In this document: positions 1 to 9,086 of the stretch, piece after piece
Layout of the letters: every line of letters starts with the position of its first letter
How positions within the stretch are numbered: position 1 is the stretch's first letter
Assembly (NCBI GenBank): GCA_043827025.1
Contig: JBDRPL010000032.1
Location: 33,110-97,109, forward strand
Source: Candidatus Micrarchaeota archaeon
GTDB lineage: Archaea > Micrarchaeota > Micrarchaeia > Anstonellales > Bilamarchaeaceae
Direction: 5' to 3'
DNA: 64,000 nucleotides
Notes under the pieces: model-generated
Databases searched by the model: none
The model's input: only the letters and a program-made list of their open reading frames with translations
Told to the model about the DNA's origin: nothing
Translations under genes and position numbers: made by a program

Positions 1-281
1 GGGGTTAGGCCTGAACTGTCCTTTTCAGGATTGCTCAAAGTGCTCACAGCTATCCTTACAAGTGCCATCCTTGAGTTTTCATGGTGCCTTATTTCTTCAG
101 GAGATACCTCTTTTTTGGTTGCATAGAGCCCCATTATGTCCCAGAACACATCTCGTATATTCTTATCTGGATGGCTTGCGAATTTCTTGAGCTTTGGCTT
201 TGTTGGAGGTGTGTCAACGTATTCTGTATCGTCATCCCCTCCGTGAATTGGACCCTTTTGCTCCTGCTTCTGTTCTACCAT
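1..281 (-). CDS. hypothetical protein, 5' portion only (gene continues past window start)
   Basis: Open minus-strand frame from ATG at 281..279 to the window edge (MVEQKQEQKGPIHGGDDDTEYVDTPP...); no stop; AGA/AAA-rich codon usage like neighbours; not in ORF track because it has no stop in window. Confidence 0.4.
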   Translation of the reverse strand, partial: MVEQKQEQKGPIHGGDDDTEYVDTPPTKPKLKKFASHPDKNIRDVFWDIMGLYATKKEVSPEEIRHHENSRMALVRIAVSTLSNPEKDSSGLT

Positions 282-334
282 GTATTTTGTATATGGGAGA
301 TAAGCTTATTTAACCTTGATTCCGTACTTTTATC

Positions 335-1303
335 ATGGTTAATAATGCAGACGAACAACTTTTAGGTGCAGTGGAGAAGGGAGATCTGAAAGGTGTCAGG
401 AATGCGCTTGCCCATGGCGCCAATGTCAATGCAGTAGCCTATGTTGGAGATGCGTATTCGCAGACCTCGCTTATAATTGCAGTTGCAGATGGAAATTATG
501 GCATTGCCAAGCTTCTTTTGGAATCAGGTGCCAATCCCAATTTTCAAATAAATGGTGAGGATTGGAATGGAATGAGTGCGCTCATGTGGGCGGCAATGAA
601 AGGATACCATAGAATTGCAAAGCTTCTTTTGAAGCATGATGCTTTAGTGACTCTAAAGGATGAACATGATTTCATGGCCTATGATTTTGCAATTGAGAAT
701 AACCATAAGGAGATCGCAAAACTCCTTGAAAAAAAATCAAAGGATAAGAATGTCCTGCTTTTGGAATCTGTTGATTCTGATAATCTTAACGGAGTGGAAG
801 AAGCTTTAAAGAAAGGGGCGGACGTAAATTCAAAATATCCTGAAGGTGACACGCCTCTCTTACGGGCATGTAATCCAACCACTCCTGAAATAGAGGTCGC
901 AGTGTTGCTTGTCAAGCATGGTGCGAAAGTGGATGCCAAAACAAAAGATGAGATAACCTCTCTTATGCTCGCTTCCATTCGAGGCGAGAGTTCCCTTGTG
1001 AGCCTTTTCCTGAAAAAAGGTGCGGATGTGGATGCAAGAGACAAGCAAGGTAGAACTGCACTGATGTATGCTGCGGATAGCTGGAGATGCTGGCCTGAAG
1101 TTGTAAAAATATTGCTGAAAAATGGTGCGGATCTGAAGATAAAAGACAAGGATGGGAAAACCGCGTATGACCTGGCAGAGAACAAATGCCCAGAAAGGCT
1201 GAAATTGGTCAAATCCCCAAGCCAGGGGCGCATCCATGAACCATATACTGCAGACATAAAGGAGATAATCAATCTTCTAAAGGGTGCGGAAAAAAAGAAG
1301 TAG
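335..1303 (+). CDS. ankyrin-repeat protein
   Basis: Multiple 33-aa ANK units (TSLIIAVADGNYGIAKLLLESGANPN; MSALMWAAMKGYHRIAKLLLKHDA; TPLLRAC...VAVLLVKHGAKVDA; TALMYAA...VVKILLKNGADL). Confidence 0.8.
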   Translation: MVNNADEQLLGAVEKGDLKGVRNALAHGANVNAVAYVGDAYSQTSLIIAVADGNYGIAKLLLESGANPNFQINGEDWNGMSALMWAAMKGYHRIAKLLLKHDALVTLKDEHDFMAYDFAIENNHKEIAKLLEKKSKDKNVLLLESVDSDNLNGVEEALKKGADVNSKYPEGDTPLLRACNPTTPEIEVAVLLVKHGAKVDAKTKDEITSLMLASIRGESSLVSLFLKKGADVDARDKQGRTALMYAADSWRCWPEVVKILLKNGADLKIKDKDGKTAYDLAENKCPERLKLVKSPSQGRIHEPYTADIKEIINLLKGAEKKK

Positions 1304-1349
1304 TTGGTTTTTTAATAATTTGCACTCAAACGTTATTCCTATTTCATAT

Positions 1350-1467
1350 GCCACCGTGGCTCAGTTGGTAGAGCGTGTGCTTGGTAAGAAACTCTTTCGG
1401 GGTGCCTAAAGAGTTTCATCAGAAACCAATGAGTACAAGGTCGTGAGTTCAATTCTCGCCGGTGGCT
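1350..1467 (+). tRNA. tRNA-Thr (anticodon GGU) with ~45-nt intron at canonical 37/38 position
   Basis: Acceptor GCCACCG/CGGTGGC perfect, U8, D-arm GCTC-AGTTGGTA-GAGC, anticodon stem TGTGC/GTACA with loop TTGGTAA, T-arm GTGAG-TTCAATT-CTCGC, discriminator U; total 118 nt so intron inferred. Confidence 0.7.
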
Positions 1468-1572
1468 TCTCATTTTTTATTCGAAGCCACCTATTTTATG
1501 CCTCACATAAAATCTCTCGAAATTCTCATTGAATTTCTCGATCGCCGGTGGCATTTCATTTTTTTATTCGAA
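1456..1572. repeat. direct repeat of tRNA-Thr 3' end plus trailer (tcgccggtggc + T-rich ...tttattcgaa), two copies ~85 bp apart with internal palindromes
   Basis: Copy 1 at 1456-1485 (tRNA 3' end and trailer), copy 2 at 1542-1572; palindromes attttatg-cctca-cataaaat and gaaattc/gaatttc between them. Confidence 0.6.
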
Positions 1573-1580
1573 TTCTGGCA

Positions 1581-2432
1581 ATGATTAAAAACCCTACCAG
1601 TGTTTATCTTTTCAGTGATATTATGGACAAAGACGAAATCATCCTCACATGCAAATACAAGGGCTTTAACATAGGAAAGAAATACGAATTCGACAAGCCT
1701 GATCCAAAAGTGATTGCAGGGGTTTTATCCTCTCTTTCCGAAGATATCGAGCAGAAGGCATTTGAACTTTCTGGGATAGATACGAAAAAAATAGATGAGC
1801 TTGTTTCTAAGAAAACTGATCTTATCGAAGGCATAAGGACAACAAAAAAGGAGGATCTTCTTGCTGGTTGCAACAATGACAAACCTATGATCCCTATTGC
1901 AGAATCCTACTTTCTCAACAAGATGTTCAAGAAATTCAACATTCCAATAAGGCCCGCTCCTAATACTTCGTATCCTTCCAAGAAGGAAGAGCCGTCGAAT
2001 GTTGTTTTCATTGGAAATGTCAAGCCTTGGTTTGCTGCCAGGAAAATTCTAGTAGGGAAAACAACTGAGGATTACGAAATTTCAGGTGTCTTGTCAGCTG
2101 CTAATTACACAATAGTGAACAAGTCCTTTGAATTTTTCATGAGCACCATCCCAATGGCTGGCGAGATGGCGCAATTCGGCCAAGGAGAGCGAAAGAGTTT
2201 TGCAAATCTTGCTGCAGCATTGGAGAAGCTCAGGGCATTCTTGTTGTTCTCTAAATCACTTACAAATAATAATCCTGATTTGGTTGCATACAATTATTTC
2301 AAGGTCTGTTCAAATGTCGGCTTCAACAAGGGCGTTCCAGGCTTTATGCCATATGCAAATACATACGTAATGGTTGGCAAATATCCTGATTTGAAGATAA
2401 AGAAGCCTAAGGGAAGGGTTGCGAAAGGTTAG
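1581..2432 (+). CDS. hypothetical protein
   Basis: Long ORF; the track start 1548 translates the tRNA-trailer repeat, so the first plausible ATG (MIKN) is at 1581; no recognisable motif. Confidence 0.4.
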   Translation: MIKNPTSVYLFSDIMDKDEIILTCKYKGFNIGKKYEFDKPDPKVIAGVLSSLSEDIEQKAFELSGIDTKKIDELVSKKTDLIEGIRTTKKEDLLAGCNNDKPMIPIAESYFLNKMFKKFNIPIRPAPNTSYPSKKEEPSNVVFIGNVKPWFAARKILVGKTTEDYEISGVLSAANYTIVNKSFEFFMSTIPMAGEMAQFGQGERKSFANLAAALEKLRAFLLFSKSLTNNNPDLVAYNYFKVCSNVGFNKGVPGFMPYANTYVMVGKYPDLKIKKPKGRVAKG

Positions 2433-2437
2433 CGTTT

Positions 2438-3340
2438 ATGGGTCCAAGAACCAAACCTATGGAACAACTTGAATATCCTAGTGGATGGGTTTATGTAAAT
2501 ACTTCAGAACAGGCGCATAATTATCTAAGGGGGCTCTGGGATTCTTTCCTAGATGCACATAGGATTGCATTTCCTCTTACTGAAAATCAGTGGAACAAAA
2601 TTGCAGATCAGTCATTTGCCATTCCAAAAAAATATACGATGGATGTTTTGACTGTTCTAAACAGATTTCTTCCAGAAGAAACAAGAAAAATTATTGAGAA
2701 ATATCCACCCTATTTCATTGTGATGCCAGATGCCTACTTTGAGGTTCGTGGAACGAAGTCTGTCGCTTTTTGGGGAAACACTAGTGGTTCTGTTGTTGGC
2801 GCGGTTATGCGTGATGAGAAGAGTAATGTAATCTTTGTTTCCCAAGGTGAATATGCGAAACTGAATTCTGTCAAAGGACTCGTTCCGTTGCTAATTCATG
2901 AATCACTTCATTATGCAAAAGCATTGACTAACAAAAAGTGGAGGGAATCAATCAAACATGGTTTCGATGAAGGAGTTACAGAATATTTGTCCCTCAGATT
3001 CAGTATTGAGGTAGGATACAAACATCCAAATTCTTCTGAACAGTATCGTTTTCAATTCAGGGTTGCGCATGTTTTAGGCAAACTTGTCCGGGATGATGAA
3101 TTTGTATCCGCGTACTTCAGCAGTGATTATTCAGAAATAAGAAAAAAGGTCGACAAACTCTGCGGGTTTGGCACTTGGGACCGATTATACGACTCTCTTT
3201 CAGACAAATTCCACATCTCTGATCCACAAAAAGTTATGGATATTTTGAAAGACATAATCAAAAAAGCCAAGCTTAACCTTGACCAACTTAACAGAGAATT
3301 AGATGCATTTGGAAAATTAACTCCCAAAAAAGTCCAATGA
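2438..3340 (+). CDS. hypothetical protein with HExxH (LIHESLHY) zincin-like motif
   Basis: ORF with HESLH followed by GFDEG about 25 aa downstream (gluzincin-like spacing); otherwise unrecognised. Confidence 0.4.
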   Translation: MGPRTKPMEQLEYPSGWVYVNTSEQAHNYLRGLWDSFLDAHRIAFPLTENQWNKIADQSFAIPKKYTMDVLTVLNRFLPEETRKIIEKYPPYFIVMPDAYFEVRGTKSVAFWGNTSGSVVGAVMRDEKSNVIFVSQGEYAKLNSVKGLVPLLIHESLHYAKALTNKKWRESIKHGFDEGVTEYLSLRFSIEVGYKHPNSSEQYRFQFRVAHVLGKLVRDDEFVSAYFSSDYSEIRKKVDKLCGFGTWDRLYDSLSDKFHISDPQKVMDILKDIIKKAKLNLDQLNRELDAFGKLTPKKVQ

Positions 3341-3379
3341 CCAATTGCTCTTTAAACTTTTTTATCCAAGAGTAGGTAT

Positions 3380-4261
3380 ATGTCTGAAGGCATAGGTTAT
3401 GGAAAAGTTATCCTTTTCGGAGAACACTTTGTAGTTCATGGAACTCCTGCAATTGCCGTCGGCATCTCGTCCAAATGCGTTGTTGAGCTTGAGAAGCAGG
3501 AGGAAATGGAATTCGTCACAGATGCCAAAGGAACAATCCCGGAACTCACAAACAGGGCAATTGCAAATGTTACTGGCGCAATGGATGTAAAAGATAATTT
3601 CCAAGTTTTCATGGGTGGCAACCTTCCGACCTGCGGCGGATTAGGTTCATCAGCTGCATTTTCGGTTGCAATGGTTCGTGCATTTGCAAATTATTATGGA
3701 ATGAAATTAACTGAGGAACAGGTCAACAAATTTGCCTATGAAGGTGAAAAAGCATTTCACGGCAATCCGTCTGGAATTGATAATGTAATTGCCACTTACG
3801 GCGGAGCAATAGAATATACAAAAGGTAAAGAATTCCAAAAGCTTAAGATTGGAAAACCCTTTTCTCTCGTAGTCGGGATAACTGGAAAAACCGGGCCTAC
3901 TAAGAAGATGGTTGAATCTGTGCAGAAGTTCAAGGACTCTGACCCAGGCGATTTCCAAAGTCTCCAGGATCGTTCTGTTGACATTGTGCGAAGAGGAAAG
4001 AAAGCTCTTGCAACAGGTGATTTTGAAGATCTTGGGATACTGATGAATTCGAACCAACAACTCCTGAAAGAAATCGGAGTCTCGCTTGACATAAATGATG
4101 AGCTTGTGAAAAAGATGCTCGATGCCGGAGCTTTAGGCTCAAAGCTCACAGGTGGCGGAGGCGGAGGATGTTGCATTGCTTTGGCAAAGGATGCATTGCA
4201 TGCACAGAACATATTGAAGGAGATAAAACCTTTTGAGGGTTTTGTAACAGAAGTAAAGTAG
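3380..4261 (+). CDS. mvk: mevalonate kinase (GHMP kinase)
   Basis: N-term GYGKVILFGEHFVVHG, GHMP motif PTCGGLGSSAA, PSGIDNVIATYGG. Confidence 0.85.
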   Translation: MSEGIGYGKVILFGEHFVVHGTPAIAVGISSKCVVELEKQEEMEFVTDAKGTIPELTNRAIANVTGAMDVKDNFQVFMGGNLPTCGGLGSSAAFSVAMVRAFANYYGMKLTEEQVNKFAYEGEKAFHGNPSGIDNVIATYGGAIEYTKGKEFQKLKIGKPFSLVVGITGKTGPTKKMVESVQKFKDSDPGDFQSLQDRSVDIVRRGKKALATGDFEDLGILMNSNQQLLKEIGVSLDINDELVKKMLDAGALGSKLTGGGGGGCCIALAKDALHAQNILKEIKPFEGFVTEVK

Positions 4262-4284
4262 GCCCAATTAGTTTTTCTTATTTT

Positions 4285-4615
4285 TTTGGAGGAGGAAGTG
4301 TGATTCCCCCTCCGTATCCGCGACCATTGGTCGAGGATATACGATCCAGCCTTTGCTGGATCGGTGTAGCCCTATGTTTGAACATCTTGGCAATGCCAAA
4401 TGTCTCTGCCTATATCACCTCCAAAATAAATGGCAGCTGGATTTGAGATGATGCCTGTTTCCTGAACCTTCAAGTCCTCCAGAGCGAAAAACCCTCTGGT
4501 TTAGAATCAATGAAGGGGGAACGCAGGTCTACGGTAGTATAAGGTGGGAGGCGCCCCAGACAGAGTCTTGTCCGAGGCCAGTCCCCTTTCATCCTGAGTC
4601 AGGACATTAATCTAA
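4285..4615 (+). ncRNA. candidate structured ncRNA (GC-rich, hairpin-dense intergenic block; class unresolved, RNase P RNA or SRP RNA are the expected candidates)
   Basis: 330-nt noncoding gap with GC far above flanking genes; perfect hairpins (GGAGG..CCUCC, CGACC-AUU-GGUCG, GAUCCAGC-CUUUG-CUGGAUC, CCAGAG-CGAAAAACC-CUCUGG); no convincing ORF; I could not match CR-I/CR-V of RNase P or the SRP helix-8 motif with confidence. Confidence 0.3.
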
Positions 4616-4857
4616 GCTGGATTCGTTGCTATGCCAACAAACTCCTTCAACTTTGCAATTTCTTTCTGCTGTTCGAGCACAACGCCCATCAGTATTGTTT
4701 CAAGCATGTTCAGCTTTGAGCTTCCGCCAGCCTTTGCATGGCTCTTTGCAGTCATTAGCATCTCATCAAACAGGCCCTTGTATTCTGTTCCAAGTCCTTC
4801 CCTGTAACTTATGATTGCGTTAACATTTTCGTTTATTGTTTCTGTTTTCATCATCAT
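4612..4857 (-). CDS. hypothetical small protein (81 aa)
   Basis: ORF only; Lys/Glu-rich helical-looking sequence; lies between the GC-rich block and the orc1 promoter. Confidence 0.3.
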   Translation of the reverse strand: MMMKTETINENVNAIISYREGLGTEYKGLFDEMLMTAKSHAKAGGSSKLNMLETILMGVVLEQQKEIAKLKEFVGIATNPA

Positions 4858-4911
4858 ATCATCACCAATATTGATGTGATTTTAGTAGATTAAGTGCGTT
4901 GCGGAGCACCT

Positions 4912-4931
4912 CACTTCCGCGTGCGGAAGTG
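4912..4931. promoter_or_regulatory. perfect 9-bp inverted repeat CACTTCCGC-GT-GCGGAAGTG about 25 bp upstream of orc1/cdc6 start (candidate Orc-binding / mini-ORB-like operator)
   Basis: Palindrome read directly; TTCC...GGAA dyad flavour resembles archaeal ORB core; only one copy seen. Confidence 0.35.
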
Positions 4932-4955
4932 AATCTATTTAAGCCTATTCTGCGA

Positions 4956-6002
4956 ATGAATAATATGAATATTTTTGACGGGAAGGACGACGCACGAGTC
5001 ATAGCCAACGAGAAGTTCCTTCAACCCGAATTTTTCCCAACTCAAATACTGAATCGTGAGAAAGAGATAAACACAATTGCTTATTCAGTCAAATCATTTC
5101 TTAGGTCAAAATCTCCTCAAAATCTTTTTGTCCATGGACATCCAGGGACAGGGAAAACAACCTGTGCATCCTATGTCATGAATCAGCTCGAGGAACATAC
5201 GAGTGCAGTCACTCCTCTATATCTAAATTGTTGGAAATTCTCCACCTCACTGTCCATTTATTCTGAAATAGCAACTGCAATGAAACTGGCAATTCCAAGA
5301 AGGGGCATAGCAAAGGATGAAGTCTCTCAACGGATAATCGAATTCCTTGAAAAAGATAAAATGCGTTTCGTTTTGGTTCTTGATGAGCTTGATGGACTTA
5401 TAAAACAAGGAATGGATTTCCTTTATTTCGCTTCAAGATATCCCCACTTTAGTATTGTTGGTATCTCAAACAGGACTGATTTTCTTGCGTTATTGGATCA
5501 GAGAGTTAAGAGTTCACTAAATTTCAGCAGCCTTGAGTTTGCGAAGTATTCTTATCTTGATCTCAAATTTATACTCGCGGAAAGGGCGAAGAATGCTCTT
5601 GTTGCAGGCTCGTATTCAGATTCTATAATGGATGCAATTGCAAAGAGGTCTGCGGAAACAGGAGATGCAAGGTTCGCAATAGGCCTTCTTCTGAAGTCTG
5701 CAAAGTCAGCAGAGCAGAGAAATTCGAATAAGATCGAATTGGTAGATGTTCCTAGAGAATTAATTGAGCACAAATTCGAGAACAAGAAACTTTCTGATGT
5801 CGAAAAAGAGGTTGTGGATTTTTTGAAGCATGGAGAGAAAACTTCAACAGAGATATATTCGCACCTTTCCGTTAAGGACATCAGCCTGAGCAAAAGGCAA
5901 ATCCGAACTTATCTTGAAACCTTGGTTGAAAAGGGAGTGATAAAACAAAAAGAAATAGAAACAGGCTCCTTCCTAAAGCCGAGGATGTTTAGCTTGTCTT
6001 GA
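4956..6002 (+). CDS. orc1: Orc1/Cdc6 replication initiator
   Basis: AAA+ Walker A GHPGTGKTT, Walker B VLVLDELD, C-terminal winged-helix region; start moved to MNNMNIF (track ORF begins upstream at non-conserved residues). Confidence 0.85.
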   Translation: MNNMNIFDGKDDARVIANEKFLQPEFFPTQILNREKEINTIAYSVKSFLRSKSPQNLFVHGHPGTGKTTCASYVMNQLEEHTSAVTPLYLNCWKFSTSLSIYSEIATAMKLAIPRRGIAKDEVSQRIIEFLEKDKMRFVLVLDELDGLIKQGMDFLYFASRYPHFSIVGISNRTDFLALLDQRVKSSLNFSSLEFAKYSYLDLKFILAERAKNALVAGSYSDSIMDAIAKRSAETGDARFAIGLLLKSAKSAEQRNSNKIELVDVPRELIEHKFENKKLSDVEKEVVDFLKHGEKTSTEIYSHLSVKDISLSKRQIRTYLETLVEKGVIKQKEIETGSFLKPRMFSLS

Positions 6003-6633
6003 TTCCAATCTTTGGACAAATCCTGTTCAGTTTGCATTTTCCGCAAAGCGGTTTCTTAGGCAAGCAGATTACCTGTCCATAGGCTACAAATATTTTATTG
6101 AGTTTTCTTCTGTAATTTGCAGGAACAAGTACCATAAGCTTCTTTTCAGTTTCCTCTGGCTTTTTAGTCTTAACAAGCCCGAGCCTGTTGCTTATCCTGT
6201 GTACATGGACATCTACCCCTATAGTGTCCTTTCCGAATACTCGCGCCAAAACGATATTTGCTGTTTTTCTGCCAACCCCTGGTAATCCCAACAGTCCCTC
6301 AATTGTGCTTGGAACCTTTCCATCATATTCGCTTATCAAAATCTTCGAAATCTCATGAATCCTTTTTGATTTAGTTTTGTAGAATCCTATTCCGTAAATT
6401 ATTTTTTCAAGTTTCCTATTGCTTAGCTTCAGCATCTGGTCTGGGGTTTTTGTCCTATCAAATAATGATGGCAGAATTCTTGCAGTAGTTGTATCTTTTG
6501 TTCTTGCAGAAAGCATTGTTCCAATAAGCGTTTCAAAAGGAGTGCTGGCCGAATTCTTCTCCAGTAGATGAACAGGTGCACCCTTGGCATCCAGCTCCAT
6601 TATCCCGAGTATTTTCCTAATCTCGAATTTCAT
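5989..6633 (-). CDS. nth: endonuclease III (HhH-GPD DNA glycosylase)
   Basis: HhH LPGVGRKTANIVL, catalytic region, C-terminal 4Fe-4S cluster CLPKKPLCGKCKLNRICP. Confidence 0.8.
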   Translation of the reverse strand: MKFEIRKILGIMELDAKGAPVHLLEKNSASTPFETLIGTMLSARTKDTTTARILPSLFDRTKTPDQMLKLSNRKLEKIIYGIGFYKTKSKRIHEISKILISEYDGKVPSTIEGLLGLPGVGRKTANIVLARVFGKDTIGVDVHVHRISNRLGLVKTKKPEETEKKLMVLVPANYRRKLNKIFVAYGQVICLPKKPLCGKCKLNRICPKIGIKTS

Positions 6634-7385
6634 AGCCTTATCTCTGTGCAGGTTGTTTTCTTCCCCCGCAAAACAGCCTCTAGCCTTTCAGGATAATTAG
6701 CATTTACTATGTATATGGGCTTCTTCAGTTTTATCATTTCGTTTATCTTTCCTTCCATTCCGCCGGTGACATCATTGGTTGCAGCACCCTTTACATTCTC
6801 CAGAATTTCCTTGACGTTCTTTTTGGTGACTTTATCAACCACTTTCCCATTCAAAAGTATGCCGTCAACATTTGTTCCGAAGATTATTTTTTTCGCATTT
6901 TTTCCAAGATGTGCAACAATCTGGTCCCCAGAACAAGGCGCTCCGCCTCTCTTATCATCAAGAACCATATCACCATATAAAATTGGCATATACCCATTTT
7001 GAAGATAATCATTCACTATTTTCGCTTCGAATGAAAGGATTCGCCTGTCTCTTTGTTTTATCAACGCAGCTGGCGGCAAGGAAATCGCAGGTATTCCTTG
7101 TTTTATAAGTGAATTGACGATTATGAGTGAAAGATAGGAGCACCCTGCATGGGTATCTGCGTATGAAACTTTGTTTTCAATCGTTTTTACTCCTTCACGG
7201 ATCCCATGCATTATCACTGGAGCATGGCCAAATGAACCTGCCCCATGCACTAATACAATATCCTTCTTTCCTGCTTTCCAGGCATTTGCTATGACAGTAG
7301 TTAGTGATTCTATGGCCTTTTCATTCTCTTCCATGTATCCGTGCTTTTTGCTCACGACGCTTCCGCCCAGTTTTACGATTAGCAT
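6630..7385 (-). CDS. ipk: isopentenyl phosphate kinase (amino-acid-kinase fold)
   Basis: VKLGGS and HGAGSFGH motifs characteristic of IPK; 4-nt overlap with nth (operon). Confidence 0.75.
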   Translation of the reverse strand: MLIVKLGGSVVSKKHGYMEENEKAIESLTTVIANAWKAGKKDIVLVHGAGSFGHAPVIMHGIREGVKTIENKVSYADTHAGCSYLSLIIVNSLIKQGIPAISLPPAALIKQRDRRILSFEAKIVNDYLQNGYMPILYGDMVLDDKRGGAPCSGDQIVAHLGKNAKKIIFGTNVDGILLNGKVVDKVTKKNVKEILENVKGAATNDVTGGMEGKINEMIKLKKPIYIVNANYPERLEAVLRGKKTTCTEIRL

Positions 7386-7509
7386 GTCTATACTATTCGT
7401 TTAATACTTAAATGTTTTTCTGCCATTTTGAACACACAAATCCACTCATTGCGTCTAAATTTGCGTTTGGCGCATAGCTTTAAAAATACGTTTGTATAAT
7501 TGTACAACT

Positions 7510-7770
7510 ATGCAAGTGTTCAAGGCGCTTTCGTGCAAAACGAAACTGGAGATGCTGAAGAAGTTGCTTTCAAGCGATGTTTGCTGTAATGATGTTGTAA
7601 GATGCAGTGGGCTCGACGCTTCGACTGTTTCAAGGCATCTCAGGGACCTGGAGAGGGCAAACCTCATAACTATTGAAAGAAAAGGCAAGAATATAAGATG
7701 TTCTGTCAAGAATAGGAAATTGGTCAGTATATTACTTGAATATGCGCAAAAAATAGAGGTGTCCAGATGA
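7510..7770 (+). CDS. ArsR-family HTH transcriptional regulator
   Basis: Compact wHTH (LEMLKKLLSSDVCCNDVVRCSGLDASTVSRHLRDLERANLITIERKGK). Confidence 0.6.
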   Translation: MQVFKALSCKTKLEMLKKLLSSDVCCNDVVRCSGLDASTVSRHLRDLERANLITIERKGKNIRCSVKNRKLVSILLEYAQKIEVSR

Positions 7771-8045
7771 ATTTCGGGCCAAATAAGATTTTCGAGGTGT
7801 TGGGAATGGGAGACAAAAAAGTGATAGTTTATACGACGAATACATGTCCATATTGTGTTCTGGCAAAGGATTATCTGAAGAAAAAGGGCGTAGAGTTCCA
7901 GGAAATAAATGTTTCCAATGACAGGGAAAAAGCAATGGAAATGATGAAGAAATCCGGCCACAATGGCGTTCCTCAGATTGAGATCAACGGCCAGATGGTT
8001 CTTGGCTTCAATAAACCCAAGATAGACCAGTTGCTTGGACTCTAA
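7767..8045 (+). CDS. glutaredoxin-like protein
   Basis: VIVYTTNTCPYCVLAKDYLKKKGVEFQEINV; CPYC active site; start overlaps the ArsR stop. Confidence 0.75.
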   Translation: MNFGPNKIFEVLGMGDKKVIVYTTNTCPYCVLAKDYLKKKGVEFQEINVSNDREKAMEMMKKSGHNGVPQIEINGQMVLGFNKPKIDQLLGL

Positions 8046-8075
8046 GTTATAAATCTATTTTTCCTATTTCTTTTT

Positions 8076-8456
8076 ATGCTTCAAACTTATAAGAAAGGCG
8101 CACGAGCCGAACGCGAATTGATAGGTCATTTTGACCAGAGAGGCTTTAGCGTAATTCGTGCAGCAGGAAGCGGTGGCAATTCACTTTCGCCTGATATCCT
8201 TATTTTCAAGCATGGTATGCAGTATGCTATCGAATCCAAGGCCCATGAGAAGGAGCATCTTCATCTTGACAAGGATCAGTTCCTTACGATGAGGAAATGG
8301 GAGGAAAATACAGGCATAACCTCACTGATAGGTTGGAAAAGGAACAGGAAGCCATGGTCTTTCTTAAGGCTTTCATTGTTTGAAGAAAATGAAAAAAGTT
8401 TTGCCATTTCATGGAAGACTGCAGAATCCATGGGCATGAGGCTTGATGAATTCTGA
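8076..8456 (+). CDS. hjc: Holliday junction resolvase Hjc
   Basis: GARAERELIGHFDQRGFSVIRAAGSGG...PDILIF...IESK (archaeal Hjc nuclease motifs). Confidence 0.8.
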   Translation: MLQTYKKGARAERELIGHFDQRGFSVIRAAGSGGNSLSPDILIFKHGMQYAIESKAHEKEHLHLDKDQFLTMRKWEENTGITSLIGWKRNRKPWSFLRLSLFEENEKSFAISWKTAESMGMRLDEF

Positions 8457-8461
8457 TTGCA

Positions 8462-9082
8462 TTAATATTCCATATAGAAATGGTTGAATGCAGCAGCACC
8501 TATCAGGAGGATTGCACTGATCATGAACAGTATGTTTCCACCCGTCTTCTGTTCATATGGCAATTCGTATTTCAATTTGTTGGTGGATGAATCAAATTTC
8601 GCATTCTTCGCACCTTCAGGGAGCTTTATTGTGCTTGTGATTATCGTGTTGTAAAGACCTGAATTTCCCGTGGTAGTGAATACGAATGCATTTCCTGTTT
8701 CTGCCGACAGCGTTATTTTCTGTCCTTCAGGAGAAATCTGTATTTCCCAATAATCCCTTTTGTTTACGGCTATGCCCCTTATCTCATAAGTTGCAGTGAG
8801 GGTGTTTTTCATTTCATCCATCTTTATGTCAAGGTTTTCCATTTGGTTTGGGGTTGATTTAGGTTCAAATACCCTTGCAAATGTGCTTAGACTAGAAAAT
8901 TGCTGCTTGAAGTTTGTGAATGCCGAAGCTGAGAATGTCAACACTTCTTCTACGTTTGCATCTCCATTTGGAAGCAAAGTTACAGTGGATTTATCACTCA
9001 CTTCAGATACAGGCATATCCATTTGCGAGAAAGCCAAAGAAACAAATGCAATCAAAAATAAGATCGAATTTATCTTTTTCAT
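8462..9082 (-). CDS. hypothetical secreted/membrane-anchored protein
   Basis: N-terminal signal-like helix and C-terminal TM helix; no motif. Confidence 0.4.
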   Translation of the reverse strand: MKKINSILFLIAFVSLAFSQMDMPVSEVSDKSTVTLLPNGDANVEEVLTFSASAFTNFKQQFSSLSTFARVFEPKSTPNQMENLDIKMDEMKNTLTATYEIRGIAVNKRDYWEIQISPEGQKITLSAETGNAFVFTTTGNSGLYNTIITSTIKLPEGAKNAKFDSSTNKLKYELPYEQKTGGNILFMISAILLIGAAAFNHFYMEY

Positions 9083-9086
9083 ATTT

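Noticed and set aside
81-365. Plus-strand 94-aa ORF at the window start
   Set aside because: Phe/Cys/Trp/Leu-rich low-complexity translation antisense to a clean, stop-free minus-strand frame (1..281). It also overlaps the ankyrin start. Judged spurious.
4285-4615. Definite assignment of the GC-rich block as SRP RNA or RNase P RNA
   Set aside because: Only partial motif resemblance in each case (no GGAAGGAAGCAG helix-8 core, no GGAAAGUCCGG / ACAGAANNCGGCUUA P4 strands), so it is left as an unclassified ncRNA candidate.
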